A DNA stretch of 63,972 nt, filler included, from Octopus bimaculoides (Eukaryota): the NCBI RefSeq assembly GCF_001194135.2. It is 6 parts of 5 records of this genome, joined end to end, with 100 filler letters (N's around TTAATTAATTAA, not from the genome) between each part and the next. Parts side by side here need not be neighbours in the genome. Positions count along the whole stretch, not along the records: positions 37,734 to 49,723 come from NC_068988.1; positions 49,824 to 56,176 come from NC_068988.1; 4 more parts are not named here. One strand, written 5' to 3'. Positions 40,086 to 52,370 of the stretch are shown piece by piece. Both the position numbers and the translations under genes were made by a program. The notes beneath the pieces were generated by a model. The model did not search any database. It was not told the DNA's origin and saw nothing but the letters and a program-made list of their open reading frames with translations. Each line of letters begins with the position of its first letter. Positions within the stretch are counted from its first letter, which is position 1.

Positions 40086-40689
40086 AATATTTCACATTTG
40101 ACATTTGACCTCTGTAACAAAATGCAGTAAAGTGTTCCCTGATGATCCATTGTGGTTGAGCATCAAATTGCATTTCCAATACAGAGTTCCAAACAACCAC
40201 AATGGTGAAACTTAAGTAGGAGCAAATGATATAAAATTGTGTTTATCGTAGTTTCTTCTGTATTTGCTCTGTATACCATAACTAATAATATTACTAAGTA
40301 TAGTACCAGGTTAACCACTGTACTGGAAGCAGACTGGACTGTAATAATCTACGTGGACATTTAAGCACAACAGTAGCAATTGTACATGTAGTTGTATATG
40401 CAAGATATACTATATCATACGATAATACACACAAACACATACATACACACACAAATACACACGCGCACTGACGTGCGAGCGCGCACACACACACACACAC
40501 ACACACAAATATATATCATCTCATCTAATTTTTGCCCACTTATTCTTAGGAGTGGGATTGATTTGTTTCAACTAAAACTTTTCAAAGCAGTGCCCCTGCA
40601 CGACCACTTTCCAAAGACTGAAGCAAGTATAAGTTAAGATAAAAAAAAAAAAAAAGAGAAATTACTAGATACCCTTCTGAAAATTTCGA

Positions 40690-41500
40690 TACCACATTAC
40701 ACAGCGGATCTATATCACATTACATCGCACTATATACAGTATCACATTACGACTCACTATACTATACAACAGCCACATCATTCCATCGTTCGCTATAGTA
40801 CGTTATACTATGATACTAGAGCATACTGCATAGTACAACACTATACTCTATTACGTACCACGGCAATATGCTACACTGCACTATATCATTCTACCCTTTA
40901 GTGCATTATAACCTTGCTATATGCTATGCTACATAACAGATACTCTGCTTCCATATACTATTCCACACAGTACTTCTGTTCAATAATATTCACTGTCCTA
41001 CATTACTCAGTTACAAAACATACGTCATCACTGCACAAAATGACACTATGCTGTACAATTTTAAACTATATACTTAAACTATATTACATTATAACTACAC
41101 TAAACTAAATGTATATTAAATTATACTGCACTTCACTGAACTACATGACCATGTTACACTAAGCTACACTAAAACTATATTGGATTATAACTACACTAGA
41201 CTATATTACTGTTACACTAAGCGACACTAAGCTACTAGATTATAACTATACTCGACTAAATACATATTAAGCAAACTATATTTCACTAAACTTTACAAAG
41301 CTACACTAGCTATATTTCACCGTTCTAAAGCTATATTACATTGTCGCTACGCTAGACTAAATATATGTTAAACAAACTACATTACACTAAAATATTCTAT
41401 GCTATACTATACCTGTATGACATTAAAACGATACTTCACTAAAATTACTCTAAACTAAATTACACTACGTGAGGTTGCACAACATTACAACTGTTACACT
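40690..41500. repeat. Degenerate approximately 5-bp-period tandem array (TACAC/TATAC/CTAAA variants)
   Basis: About 800 bp, strongly G-poor on +, recurrent ACTACACTA and ATTATAACTA. Confidence 0.75.
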
Positions 41501-41509
41501 TCAGTCACA

Positions 41510-41880
41510 CAATGGCGATGTAGATGTAAATGGATTTCTGTCGGTTCCGACGACGGAGACTCAATTATTCGATCAACTCACTTCCCGCGAATTAGGGTAT
41601 AACTGACTGAACATTTCACAGATACATGTTCTCTTAATGCGTAATTCTCATCGTGGTACAATGTGTGTGACGGTCGTATGTTTGAAATACAAGTAAGATT
41701 TATCCGATCGGCGTCTAAACAGCTTACATCTACTCAGTTTTGCACCTGAAGTATGGCTCGACCTGAGGCCATAAAAAATGGTAATTGCCAATATATTTGT
41801 CCAAGATGCCACGGAGTGAGTTCGAACGCCGGACCTCGTGTTTGCGAAGCGAACTTTTCAACCATTCAGTCATACTGCAC
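41510..41880 (-). mobile_element. Old tRNA/CORE-like SINE with a different 3' tail
   Basis: Reverse complement GCGTTCGAACTCAC...GGCATCTTGGACAAAT head; tail unlike family C. Confidence 0.55.
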
Positions 41881-42316
41881 TTATAGTAGCAGACATTAGA
41901 AAGTATTTTGCTTAGTAATCAACACAGAAGAGTTCGTCTCCTTTCGAAGCAAAAACACTAAGAACAGCAGAATAAAATAAGAAGTAGAAGGACAAAGGTC
42001 ATCAGAATACAAGATAAATTCCGACAGATCAATTTATGGCGAAGTTACGTGAGAATATAAAGACTTTATCACTTCTCCAGATCTCTTTCGGCCACCATTC
42101 CACTACTCTTATTTATTTACTCTGTCATTGAACTTTCCAGATATCCTAATAGACAACACGTTCGACTGCTATCTTCTGGAAGCAACAAAACCAAGAAAAA
42201 TAAGAAAGAGTAAAATAAAGAATGGATGAAAGACAGAAAGGAAACGTTAACAAACCAATCTCACTGAATTTCATTTTTGTTATTCCTTTATTTGTTTATT
42301 TTTTCTTCCTTCCAAG

Positions 42317-42353
42317 TGTCGCTTGATAAGGAAGCCGGACATGTAAACAGATG
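42317..42353 (+). other. Candidate 37-nt exon
   Basis: Long pyrimidine tract ...ttttcttccttccaag and ATG|gtgagc donor; possible partner exon 42141-42209. Confidence 0.25.
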
Positions 42354-42953
42354 GTGAGCATTCATAGATCGCTCAATTACCTCACACTAACCATAAACTT
42401 CCACTGCCTTCACCAAAGCACATCATCTGTGATGACCCTACACTATACACCCGGTACTTTACACGTGCGAAGTGTAGAAACAATATTTTCACAGATCTAA
42501 CCACAACATCGTGATGAAATGCCACACACACACATATGTATGTATGATGTGTGTATATATCACCATCGTAACAGAAAACAAGGGAGAAGACAACACCAAT
42601 ACCAACAACAGTATCTACGACCCTAGTATCTACGATCCCCGTCTCTACCGCAACCATCACCAACATCTTAATCGCAACCGTAAAGATATCTGTAAATCTA
42701 TCAATTAGAAACATGGTCGGGTCTAACATATGCAGTATTGTGAGCGAGCTGGAATACTTCGATAAACTAAGATTAATTATATTTCTACAGAATATTGATG
42801 GGCAGTTTAGAAACTAAAACACCAACGAAGGTAGATAACTCTAACTAGACAATGCTGATTGGAGTGGATTTGATCTTGAAAGTAACGCCCAGGTTTCACT
42901 GTTATTTAACCACCTCAGCGAAACATTCTGTTCGACTGGTGTGACTACGAGTA

Positions 42954-42991
<38 letters not shown>

Positions 42992-43037
42992 TTATAATAC
43001 ACATATACGTATGTATGTATGTATGTATGTATGTATA

Positions 43038-43078
<41 letters not shown>

Positions 43079-43779
43079 NNNNNNNNNNNNNNNNNNNNNN
43101 NNNNNNNNNNNNNNNNNNNNNNNNNNNNNNNNNNNNNNNNNNNNNNNNNNNNNNNNNNNNNNNNNNNNNNNNNNNNNNNNNNNNNNNNNNNNNNNNNNNN
43201 NNNNNNNNNNNNNNNNNNNNNNNNNNNNNNNNNNNNNNNNNNNNNNNNNNNNNNNNNNNNNNNNNNNNNNNNNNNNNNNNNNNNNNNNNNNNNNNNNNNN
43301 NNNNNNNNNNNNNNNNNNNNNNNNNNNNNNNNNNNNNNNNNNNNNNNNNNNNNNNNNNNNNNNNNNNNNNNNNNNNNNNNNNNNNNNNNNNNNNNNNNNN
43401 NNNNNNNNNNNNNNNNNNNNNNNNNNNNNNNNNNNNNNNNNNNNNNNNNNNNNNNNNNNNNNNNNNNNNNNNNNNNNNNNNNNNNNNNNNNNNNNNNNNN
43501 NNNNNNNNNNNNNNNNNNNNNNNNNNNNNNNNNNNNNNNNNNNNNNNNNNNNNNNNNNNNNNNNNNNNNNNNNNNNNNNNNNNNNNNNNNNNNNNNNNNN
43601 NNNNNNNNNNNNNNNNNNNNNNNNNNNNNNNNNNNNNNNNNNNNNNNNNNNNNNNNNNNNNNNNNNNNNNNNNNNNNNNNNNNNNNNNNNNNNNNNNNNN
43701 NNNNNNNNNNNNNNNNNNNNNNNNNNNNNNNNNNNNNNNNNNNNNNNNNNNNNNATATATATATATATATATATATATA

Positions 43780-43915
43780 ACGGGCTTTCACACAGTTTCC
43801 ATCTACTTGATTTACTTACAAAGCATTAGTTAGTCCGGGGCTATAGTAGAAGACACTAGCCCAAAGTGCAGCGCAGTGGGACTGAACCTGAAATCACGTG
43901 GTTGAAAATCGAGTT
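43780..43915 (-). mobile_element. SINE family C head half
   Basis: CGGGCTTTCACACAGTTTCC...GGGCTATAGTAGAAGACAC...GCAGTGGGACTGAACC. Confidence 0.85.
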
Positions 43916-44069
43916 ACGCAAACTTGCATAAATCTATGAACATACAGATACACGTAAAATACATAAATATGCTTCGTCAACAAATTACACAAATACCTTC
44001 TCGTAATTGTTTTATTGCATTCTTTTCTTCATATTTTGGCATTATGAGTTTCTTGCTGTTTATTTAGAA

Positions 44070-44365
44070 CAGGGGTTCTCAACTATTTTTTATCTATGGA
44101 TCCCTTTGATTACTATTTTATTTTGGTAGACCCTTTCAAAACTCCTGGTTGGTTTTTCACACATTAACTTGTGTAGGTTGAACTATGTAAAATGTTAGAG
44201 AAAGAAACCTAGATGTTTCTTGCAATACATACATCTAAAGCAATATTTTTTCAGAGGCCCTTAAAATACTATTGTAGATACCTAATTTTATATTTTGTTG
44301 CATGGACCCCTCAAAATCTTATATGGACCCTCAGGGGCCATATAGATCCAGGTTGAGAACCACTG
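44070..44365. mobile_element. hAT (Charlie-like) MITE
   Basis: TIRs CAGGGGTTCTCAAC / GTTGAGAACCACTG; 8-bp flanks ATTTAGAA / GTTAAGAA (6 of 8 match); ATGGAYCC subterminal motifs. Confidence 0.85.
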
Positions 44366-44639
44366 GTTAAGAACAATCAAATTCCTAAATCTACAATTTC
44401 TAAACTTGACTTTCGCTGTTTCAATTTCATGATGTGAAATGCTACTGGTGAGTATAACTGCCTCTTTTATAGGGAGGGAATAGAATTCATTGCGGGAATT
44501 TGAAACCTGATCGTTAGACTTATATGTCAACAGTCACTTGTTTATTTTGTTTCTGACATATATAAGTTTTCTGTGTGGTTATTTTAGTATTGTTGTACGC
44601 TTATTTTAGTATTGTGCTAGTGTCTTTGGATTGGCACCA

Positions 44640-44830
44640 TCATTTGAACCTCGGAAAAATGATCCTTGTATTTCTTCCGGTTTCTCACATTCTGAGTTCA
44701 AAGCTCGCCGAAGTCAACATTGCTTTTCATACTCTCAAGGTCGATAAAATAAAGTACCAGCCAAATACTAGAGTGGATGGTAATAGCTAAACCCCTCCTC
44801 TCAAAGCTAATACTCTTGGGTCGAAATCAA
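44640..44830 (+). mobile_element. SINE family A, diverged
   Basis: TTCTGAGTTCAAAG...AAGGTCGATAAAATAAAGTACCAG. Confidence 0.7.
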
Positions 44831-45854
44831 AAACAATTTTAGCATTGGTCTAATTTTGAGTGAATTCTAAGGAGCCTGGTTTTCAGCAGCTGTATTGGCA
44901 ATTCCAGATAGGTTTTAACCTTATTTCATCTCATTGGTGAGGAATAGTTTAATGCGTAATTTCCTGATCTTTGGATGGCTTTCAGAGCATGTAGGAAATA
45001 GTTTCAAAGAATTTACTTCACCATGTATCTATCTGTTTATTTCTTTTCGCATAAATTTTTGTTTTCCTCCAAAATCGGTTGCTGGGGTTACATTATTATT
45101 TTTTGTTTTTCACTATTGAAACGATTAATACTATTATGACATGTATCTCCTCCTGCTACCACTGACATCGCCATGATGAAACTCAGTGAACACTGCAAAT
45201 TGCCGCTTGCCAGAAATACAATCAGAGTTAAATAAACAGTGTGAAAGACGAACTTTCCTGCCACCCTAGAATAAAACGGAATAAGGCTGAATAAGACAGA
45301 GTAAGACAGAAGCGTTTGTGTATTCAAAAACCTTTATTAACTCTTCAAAGCGAAATCGAGAACAAAAGAACTTTTATTATTAAGCTAGCTTAAAACTCAC
45401 ACTCCGTGTGCACTTTTAAACTAACTCCTGCGGAGGGATAATTGGGAGTGCGGCTTCAAATTAAGAAGAGCTAAGTAACATAACTATAATACGATGATAA
45501 TCAATTCTGTAATGCAATCGTTCTATTCTTCCAGTCACAAGCTGAATTCCAAATGTTGGCCAATTTGTTCCAACCTTCTTATCTCGTCGTAAAATTAACG
45601 AAGCGAATGTCATTTATCTCCCCCTTGATCTCTGACGTTATCTGACAAACGTCAACCAAGATGGCGTGAATCAGCCAAACTTTACTTGCTAGATATAGCA
45701 ACCCAATTGCTTTTAAATCAGATTCCAATGCTGGATGTTCAAGAACCAAACGAAGGGCAGATTTCAATCCTGGGATCATCCTGATTCCAAAAAGTTATAA
45801 TATGTCTATGTAAAGCAAGTTATAATATGTCTATGTAGAGCAAGCCTATGTAGA

Positions 45855-46231
45855 GTGGAGGTGCAATGGCCCAGTGGTTAGGGCAGCGGACTCGCTGTCA
45901 TAGGATCGCGGTTTCGATTCCCAGACCGGGCGTTGTGAGTGTTTATTGAGCGAAAACACCTAAAGCTCCACGTGGCTCCGGCAGGGGATGGTGGCAAACC
46001 CTACTGTACTCTTCCACCACAACTTTCTCTCACTCTTGCTTCCTGTTTCTGTTGTACCTGTATTTCAAAGGGCCAGCCTTGTCACACTGTGTCACGCTGA
46101 ATATCACCGAGAACTACGTTAAGGGTACACGCGTCTGTGGATTGCTCAGCCACTTGCACGTTAATTTCACGAGTAGGCTGTTCCGTTGATCGAATCGACT
46201 GGAACCCTCGACGTCGTAAGCGACGGCGTGC
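45855..46231 (+). mobile_element. SINE family B, full length
   Basis: tRNA-like head with A-box TGGCCCAGTGG and B-box GTTTCGATTCC; high identity to 15485-15862. Confidence 0.92.
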
Positions 46232-46313
46232 TTTCTCTAGAGCGAGTGTAGACTGAGATACAGGGGTCCCAGACGGACAGACAAAATTTCGCTTTTATTT
46301 TTGTAGGTATTCC

Positions 46314-46530
46314 AAGGTGGCGAGCTGGCTGAATTGTTAGCGCACCAGGTAAAATGCTTAACAGCATTTTGTCTGTCTACACGTTCTGAGTTCAAGTTTG
46401 ACTGAAGTCAACCTTGCTTTCATCCTTTCGGGGTCGAGAAAATAAGTACCAGTTGAACACTGGGGTCAATATAATCGACTAATCCCCTCCCTCGAAATTA
46501 CTGGCTTTGTGCCAAAATTTGAAATTATTA
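46314..46530 (+). mobile_element. SINE family A
   Basis: AAGGTGGCGAGCTGGC...CATCCTTTCGGGGTCGAG...CTGGGGTCAATATAATCGAC. Confidence 0.85.
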
Positions 46531-46702
46531 GATATTCCAGGTAAAATCGGTTTCTTAGCGAGAGCGGTGTGAAAGCCGTCGCTGGTTCGTAGTAACTGTC
46601 AAAGTTGACAACAACAACAATAATTTATTTCTTTATTTTCTTGGAGGACACTTACAGTCAATGCCGCACGCTCGCGCGCGTGTGTGCGTGTGCATGAATA
46701 TA

Positions 46703-46815
46703 TACGTGGTCTGATCAATAAATATCCGGACCGTTGCCACAGTAACGAAGTTAAAGCACGCAGAGCAAAGCTGCTCGGTACAGATTGATCTTGAACTCTG
46801 CTATGCATGCACACA
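46703..46815 (+). mobile_element. Mariner-type terminal fragment
   Basis: TACGTGGTCTGATCAATAAATATCCGGAC TIR-like start at TA; no partner TIR seen. Confidence 0.5.
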
Positions 46816-47193
46816 ATCGTAAGCCGAATGCTCTAGGCACTAAGCTACGTGCCTTCACAGTTGTGGAAGTAGTATTATCATGCTGTTGGTAGTATCTTTA
46901 TTAGTTGTGGTTGTGGTGGTAGAGACACTGGTGGTATTGATGTTGTTGTTGATAGTGGTGGCGGTGTGAGTGTCCAGAGGTTGAAATGATATTCATTGGC
47001 CGTAATCCAACAACTAAATAATGCACTAATTCTGACCGTTATCTGTCATTCTTAAGATGCTAAAGCGGATGTGGAATAACGTGTTGTCAGTCATGACACA
47101 TATTTGGATGGTCTATTCCAATTGATTTTCATCACCACAATTGTTGTTGTTGTTATTATTATTATTATCATTATTATTATTAATATTATTATT

Positions 47194-47408
47194 AAGGCGG
47201 CGAGCTGGCAGAATCGCTAGCACACCGATCGAAATGCTTATCGATATTTCGTCTGTCGCTATGTTCTGAGTTCAAATTCCTGCAGGGTTGACTTTGCCTT
47301 TGCCTTTCATCCTTTCGGGGTCGATTAAATAAGTACCAGTTACACACTGGGTCGATGTAATCGACTTAATTCCACCAAATTTTAGGTCTTGTGCTTCCAA
47401 TAGAAAGA

Positions 47409-47410
<2 letters not shown>
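47194..47410 (+). mobile_element. SINE family A flanked by (ATT)n on both sides
   Basis: Full head-to-tail match. Confidence 0.9.
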
Positions 47411-47443
<33 letters not shown>

Positions 47444-47856
47444 GTTGTTGTTGCTGTTGCTCGTAATAGTAATTTTTTTAAATAATCGAGTGTGTATGCA
47501 TGCATTTATGTAGGTGTGTGTGTGTATATATATANNNNNNNNNNNNNNNNNNNNNNNNNNNNNNNNNNNNNNNNNNNNNNNNNNNNNNNNNNNNNNNNNN
47601 NNNNNNNNNNNNNNNNNNNNNNNNNNNNNNNNNNNNNNNNNNNNNNNNNNNNNNNNNNNNNNNNNNNNNNNNNNNNNNNNNNNNNNNNNNNNNNNNNNNN
47701 NNNNNNNNNNNNNNNNNNNNNNNNNNNNNNNNNNNNNNNNNNNNNNNNNNNNNNNNNNNNNNNNNNNNNNNNNNNNNNNNNNNNNNNNNNNNGGAGAGAG
47801 AGAGATGTGATCGTTGAATAAGAGCTATCATGTATCATTAATATAATTAATTGACT

Positions 47857-48075
47857 AAGGTGGCGAGCTGGCAGAATCCTTGGCACGCCGGACAAAATGC
47901 TTAGCGGTATTCCGTCTATCTTCGTGTTCTGTGTCCAAATTCCGCAGGGGTCGACTTTGCCTTTCATCCTTTCGGGGTAGATAAATTAAATACCAGTTAC
48001 GCACTGGGATCGATGTAATCGACTCATCTTCGCCCACAAAATTTCAGGCCTTGTGCTCATAGTAGAAAGGATTAG
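47857..48075 (+). mobile_element. SINE family A
   Basis: Full head-to-tail match. Confidence 0.9.
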
Positions 48076-48334
48076 TGATATAATTGATGAAAGATCTCAT
48101 TTACTTTTTCATATATTTGTACGTTAATCTACCAAGCTGCCAATGTCTCTTCTCTATATGATACTCAATGTGCGCGCGCGCGCGTGTGCTTCGTCATAGG
48201 TTAGCGTGTTCGTAGTTGTGTGTATATATATTAGAAAGTTAAAGAAATGATTTTAAATTCTCAAACGCAGGATAATGCTAATAATATAGCCTGAACAGGA
48301 TAAACTACCCCTATTTTGCAGATAAAAGTGTGGG

Positions 48335-48412
48335 TGGCCAGCCATGAGACTCGAACTCACACCTCCGTGATTACGCGTCGCGGTGCTCTCGACCATTTGG
48401 GCTAAACTACCC
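48335..48412 (-). tRNA. tRNA-like sequence (pseudo-tRNA; CGT in the anticodon position, Thr-like)
   Basis: GGGTAGTTTAGCCCAAATGGTCGAGAGC-A-CCGCGA-CGCGTAA-TCACGG-AGGT-GTGAG-TTCGAGT-CTCAT-GGCTGGCCA; intact T arm, mismatches in acceptor, D and anticodon stems, G at position 33; TTTT about 8 nt downstream. Confidence 0.55.
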
Positions 48413-48641
48413 AGCCACAAGTTTCTCTGCAAATTTAAGGTGTATAGAAATCTCGCTTTATGAGACGCTATCATATATTAAATTTAGATTACGGTAAACG
48501 TAAACAAACAAACGAAGTTTGCTTTTAGAAGCGTTGAGATGTCTTAGAAAGTTAACGAACGAAAGAAATCGGTTAACGAACGAAAGAGCTAATAAAGAAT
48601 TATCCAAAATTCTGATTGCCTCCATTTTCTCAGTATATATA

Positions 48642-48808
48642 TTCTTTTATTCTTTTATTTGTTTCAGTCATTTGACTGCGACCATGCTGGAGCTCCGCCT
48701 GTAGTCGATCAAATCGACCCCAGGGCGTATTCTTTGTAAACCGCTAAATTTTGGGGACGTAAACCTATCAACATCAGTTGTCAGACGATGTTGTGGGGTT
48801 AAACACAG

Positions 48809-48857
<49 letters not shown>

Positions 48858-48986
48858 TATATGCGACGGGCTTTCTTTCTGTTTAAGTTTCCAAATCCAC
48901 TCACAAGGCTTTGGTCGGCCCTAGGCTATAGTAGAAGACACTTGCCCAAGGTGCCACGCAGTGTGACTGAACCGGGAACCGTGTGG
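48642..48986 (-). mobile_element. SINE family C with internal (CA)n, head truncated
   Basis: Matches the 53.5-54.3 kb copy. Confidence 0.9.
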
Positions 48987-49049
48987 TGTATATATATATA
49001 TATATATATATATATGCATGTATGTATATGTATGTATCGGCTCTTTTCG

Positions 49050-49260
49050 TTCCGAGTTCGTAACCCGTTGCTGCTTATTTGGATGGTAGACGTCAGTCCC
49101 TCACCCGGTTTAACACCAGCCCCTGGTCCTTGTGCACTTTTAGCGAAGTTCTCATGCCATGTGTTTGTTTTCAAGACACCTTCTGAACCCTCTCACCCTC
49201 TCACCAATCTCGGAGACCCTGCAAAGAGTTATAGACTGTCTTTTCACCTGACTAAGCGGT
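49050..49260. mobile_element. GC-richer interspersed fragment, possibly an RTE 5' region
   Basis: Composition and partial resemblance only. Confidence 0.25.
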
Positions 49261-49767
49261 AAAAAAGCATGTACACATGATTGCATAATTAGACACATAT
49301 AAAGGGTGAGTTTCTAATTGCTTAGGTGTACACGTATAAGTGTGTATATATAGTTGTACGCACACAGTCAAACTGAATTTTCGTGTAGGTGAGCTATTAT
49401 CGCACTCACACACATATATACAGAACTATGAACACAAACTCACTCACTCATTCACACATTCACCACTCCAAAAACCACTCAACATAAAACCAACTAACAA
49501 AAAATTGGTATTGTCAGACCAAACAACTTGGAAGTAAAATGTGACATACACAAAAACGAAATATAGCAATCCAAACACACATGCGCGCGCGCACGCATAC
49601 GCATACACAGACGCATATAGACAAACGCATACACACACAGGCAACATACAATTACACATACACTCAGACAAAGGCTGAGGTAGCGTGAGTGCGTGGTAGA
49701 ACGTGAGAGTATATATATATATANNNNNNNNNNNNNNNNNNNNNNNNNNNNNNNNNNNNNNNNNNNN

Positions 49768-49779
49768 TTAATTAATTAA
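49768..49779. other. Assembly spacer TTAATTAATTAA in 100-bp gap
   Basis: Same construct as at 22847. Confidence 0.9.
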
Positions 49780-49910
49780 NNNNNNNNNNNNNNNNNNNNN
49801 NNNNNNNNNNNNNNNNNNNNNNNCAATCTGTCGAAATATTATCCAATTCTCAAAATTCAATAAACAGAGTCAATCTCAATGTATTACTAATCGCATCATG
49901 CTCTCATTAT

Positions 49911-49959
<49 letters not shown>

Positions 49960-49961
<2 letters not shown>

Positions 49962-50030
49962 GTTTCAATTTTTGGTATAAGGCCTCAAATTTTGGAGGAG
50001 GGGGGGTAGTGGGTTACATCGCTCCCTTTA
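49960..50030 (-). mobile_element. SINE family A tail fragment after (AAT)n
   Basis: GGTATAAGGCCTCAAATTTTGGAGGAGGGG...TTACATCG. Confidence 0.6.
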
Positions 50031-50699
50031 AAGATATTAGTAAAATGTAAATTGAATTTTATACAACAGTGTGAAAAATTAAGCGTGTAAATTCTGCTAA
50101 TTATAACTGGCGGATCTCTCAGTAATACTGACTGAGTCGTAATTTTCACCACTCATTATTCTAAGTGGTCTCCACTGTAAGTTTTTATCCCAATTTTTAC
50201 CTACTCGCTGTCAATACTGCGAAGGTTATACATTTCTGAACAATTCTAATAAAACTGAAACATGTACACAGTCGTCGACATAATAAAAGAAAATTAGAAA
50301 ATTAGAATTTCTCTACACTATATGTCTCATTCAATATTTTTTAAAACTGAATTTTGGAATATCTCCCTGGTTTTACTTGGTTTAATTATTTCAGTGCGTT
50401 TAAAATTTTAGAAAAAGACGCAATGATGTCGTGGTGGTAGTTCCGGCTTCTCCGTATTTAAGGCGTCAATACAAAAATAGAATAATGATAATCCTTGAAA
50501 TGATTTGATTGTTATTGAAACCCAATGTAGATATACAATTATCAAGAAAGCTCGAAATAATGATAGGATAACTACTTCATCCGTGCGTAAGGGATATATT
50601 TTATCGTTTAATTTATCGTCCTTCCAGCCCTTTCATTTCTCTCTCTCTCTCTCTGTCCGTCTGTCTCGCGCACCCTTTCACTCCTTCCCTTCCTCTCTC

Positions 50700-50747
<48 letters not shown>

Positions 50748-50859
50748 CCTCTCTCTCATTAACTTTCTATATACATACATACATGTATATTAAAATGGTC
50801 TGCGAAAGGATAACAAAAAGAAAAATACCAACAAACTAAGTCGATCATACTGAGACCGA

Positions 50860-51250
50860 TGGGTTAAAAGAATATTGGTGGAACTTAATTATTAAAATAG
50901 CTACAAAGTTAAAACACAACTGGCCAGATGCCGTTGTATGGGACCACAAAGAAAAGATGGTCAGTTGTGGAAATCAGCTGGCCCCTGGACACCAAAGTGT
51001 TTAGAAAAATATAAGAGAAAGGAGACATCTATGGATCATTGATAAGGAGCTTGAAAATCCAGTACCCAAAATACACTTTCACCTTTATACCTATCATTAT
51101 TGGATCAACAGGATACATACAAACCCGCTTGGAAAAAAATATGACAACTTGAGATCTTGAGTAATGCAAATCCTTAATTTATATGCTACAAGTAATCACG
51201 ATATCTGCGATAACAAAGCTCTACAAAATCTTCTTAAGATTTAAAGGATG
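50860..51250 (+). mobile_element. Second RLE-type non-LTR retrotransposon C-terminal remnant
   Basis: EYWWNLIIKIATKLKHNWPDAVVWDHKEK / SVVEISWPLD...EKGDIYGSLIRSL...FIPIIIGSTGYI...LQVITIS; RLE layout, and a different family from the 21.8 kb element. Confidence 0.75.
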
Positions 51251-51514
51251 ATGGTTAAAACTTTCCTCCACAACATTGCCACCAAGTAGGTGGCCGATCA
51301 AAATTCATTCTAAACTTGAAAAGAGTAAGAGAGGAACATACATAAACACATACATACATACATACATACATACATACATACAAGCATGCATACATACATA
51401 CATACATACCACACCATACATACATACATGCATACATGCATGCCTGATTATCTATATATTCAATCGAAGCATACAAAGATCTAACTGCCTAACTGTGTGA
51501 AATCATGAATCACT

Positions 51515-51628
51515 GCATTGTGAATATGCTTCGAAATAATCATTTAAAGATGTTTTTGTTACTTGTTATTGTTTTTGTTGAATAACATTTGTTGAAAAAA
51601 AGGCGCAATTATTATGCACCAACCCAAC
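51515..51628. mobile_element. Right end of a mariner-TIR MITE
   Basis: GCGCAATTATTATGCACCAACCCAA; near copy of 52505-52619. Confidence 0.8.
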
Positions 51629-51686
51629 ATATATATATATACATATATATAAAATATGTATACATATATATATGTATAAACAACAC

Positions 51687-51748
<62 letters not shown>

Positions 51749-51904
51749 GGGAGAATATACAAAAAATAACAACAGACGAGGACAGGTGGTGTAAATAACA
51801 AAAGTATATATTATACGTATATATATGTGCATAAGAACAAGTGAGTGTCGGTGCGGGTATGAGTGCATAAGAGGTTCTTTATATTTGCATGTGTTAATAG
51901 TTTT

Positions 51905-52020
51905 AAAGTCAAATTACGCCTAGGTCAACTTTCACTTTCATCATTTCGAAAATGAGTACTGAAATCTTCCCCATTCCAGAAAAATAGTTGGCATTGTACC
52001 AAAATTGGAAACCAATATTT
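51905..52020 (+). mobile_element. SINE family A diverged fragment
   Basis: AGGTCAACTTTCACTTTCATCATTTCG...TGGCATTGTACCAAAATTGGAAACC. Confidence 0.5.
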
Positions 52021-52249
52021 TAAACGTCTAATTTAAAAACTCGGCAAAGTTAATTTCTTCTCTTTTTCTCTGTCTTTTTTGATTCTTTAAAATATGTTTC
52101 TCTACTTACACATCTTTATCGCACATACGCGCATATATAGAAATGGTGATGTACAAATACACACATATATTTGGATATTATCAGCTCTTAATAATAAAAT
52201 GTGAAGAATCATGATATCTACTTATATTTAAGTTTATGCATTTATGTGC

Positions 52250-52307
<58 letters not shown>

Positions 52308-52370
52308 GTGTATGTGTGTGTAGGTATATACATTCATAGAAACATATGTATACGTACATACAAAAATATA

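Noticed and set aside
45145-45235. DIAMMKL trypsin-like motif
   Set aside because: No His or Ser catalytic motifs nearby, an early stop, and no good acceptor
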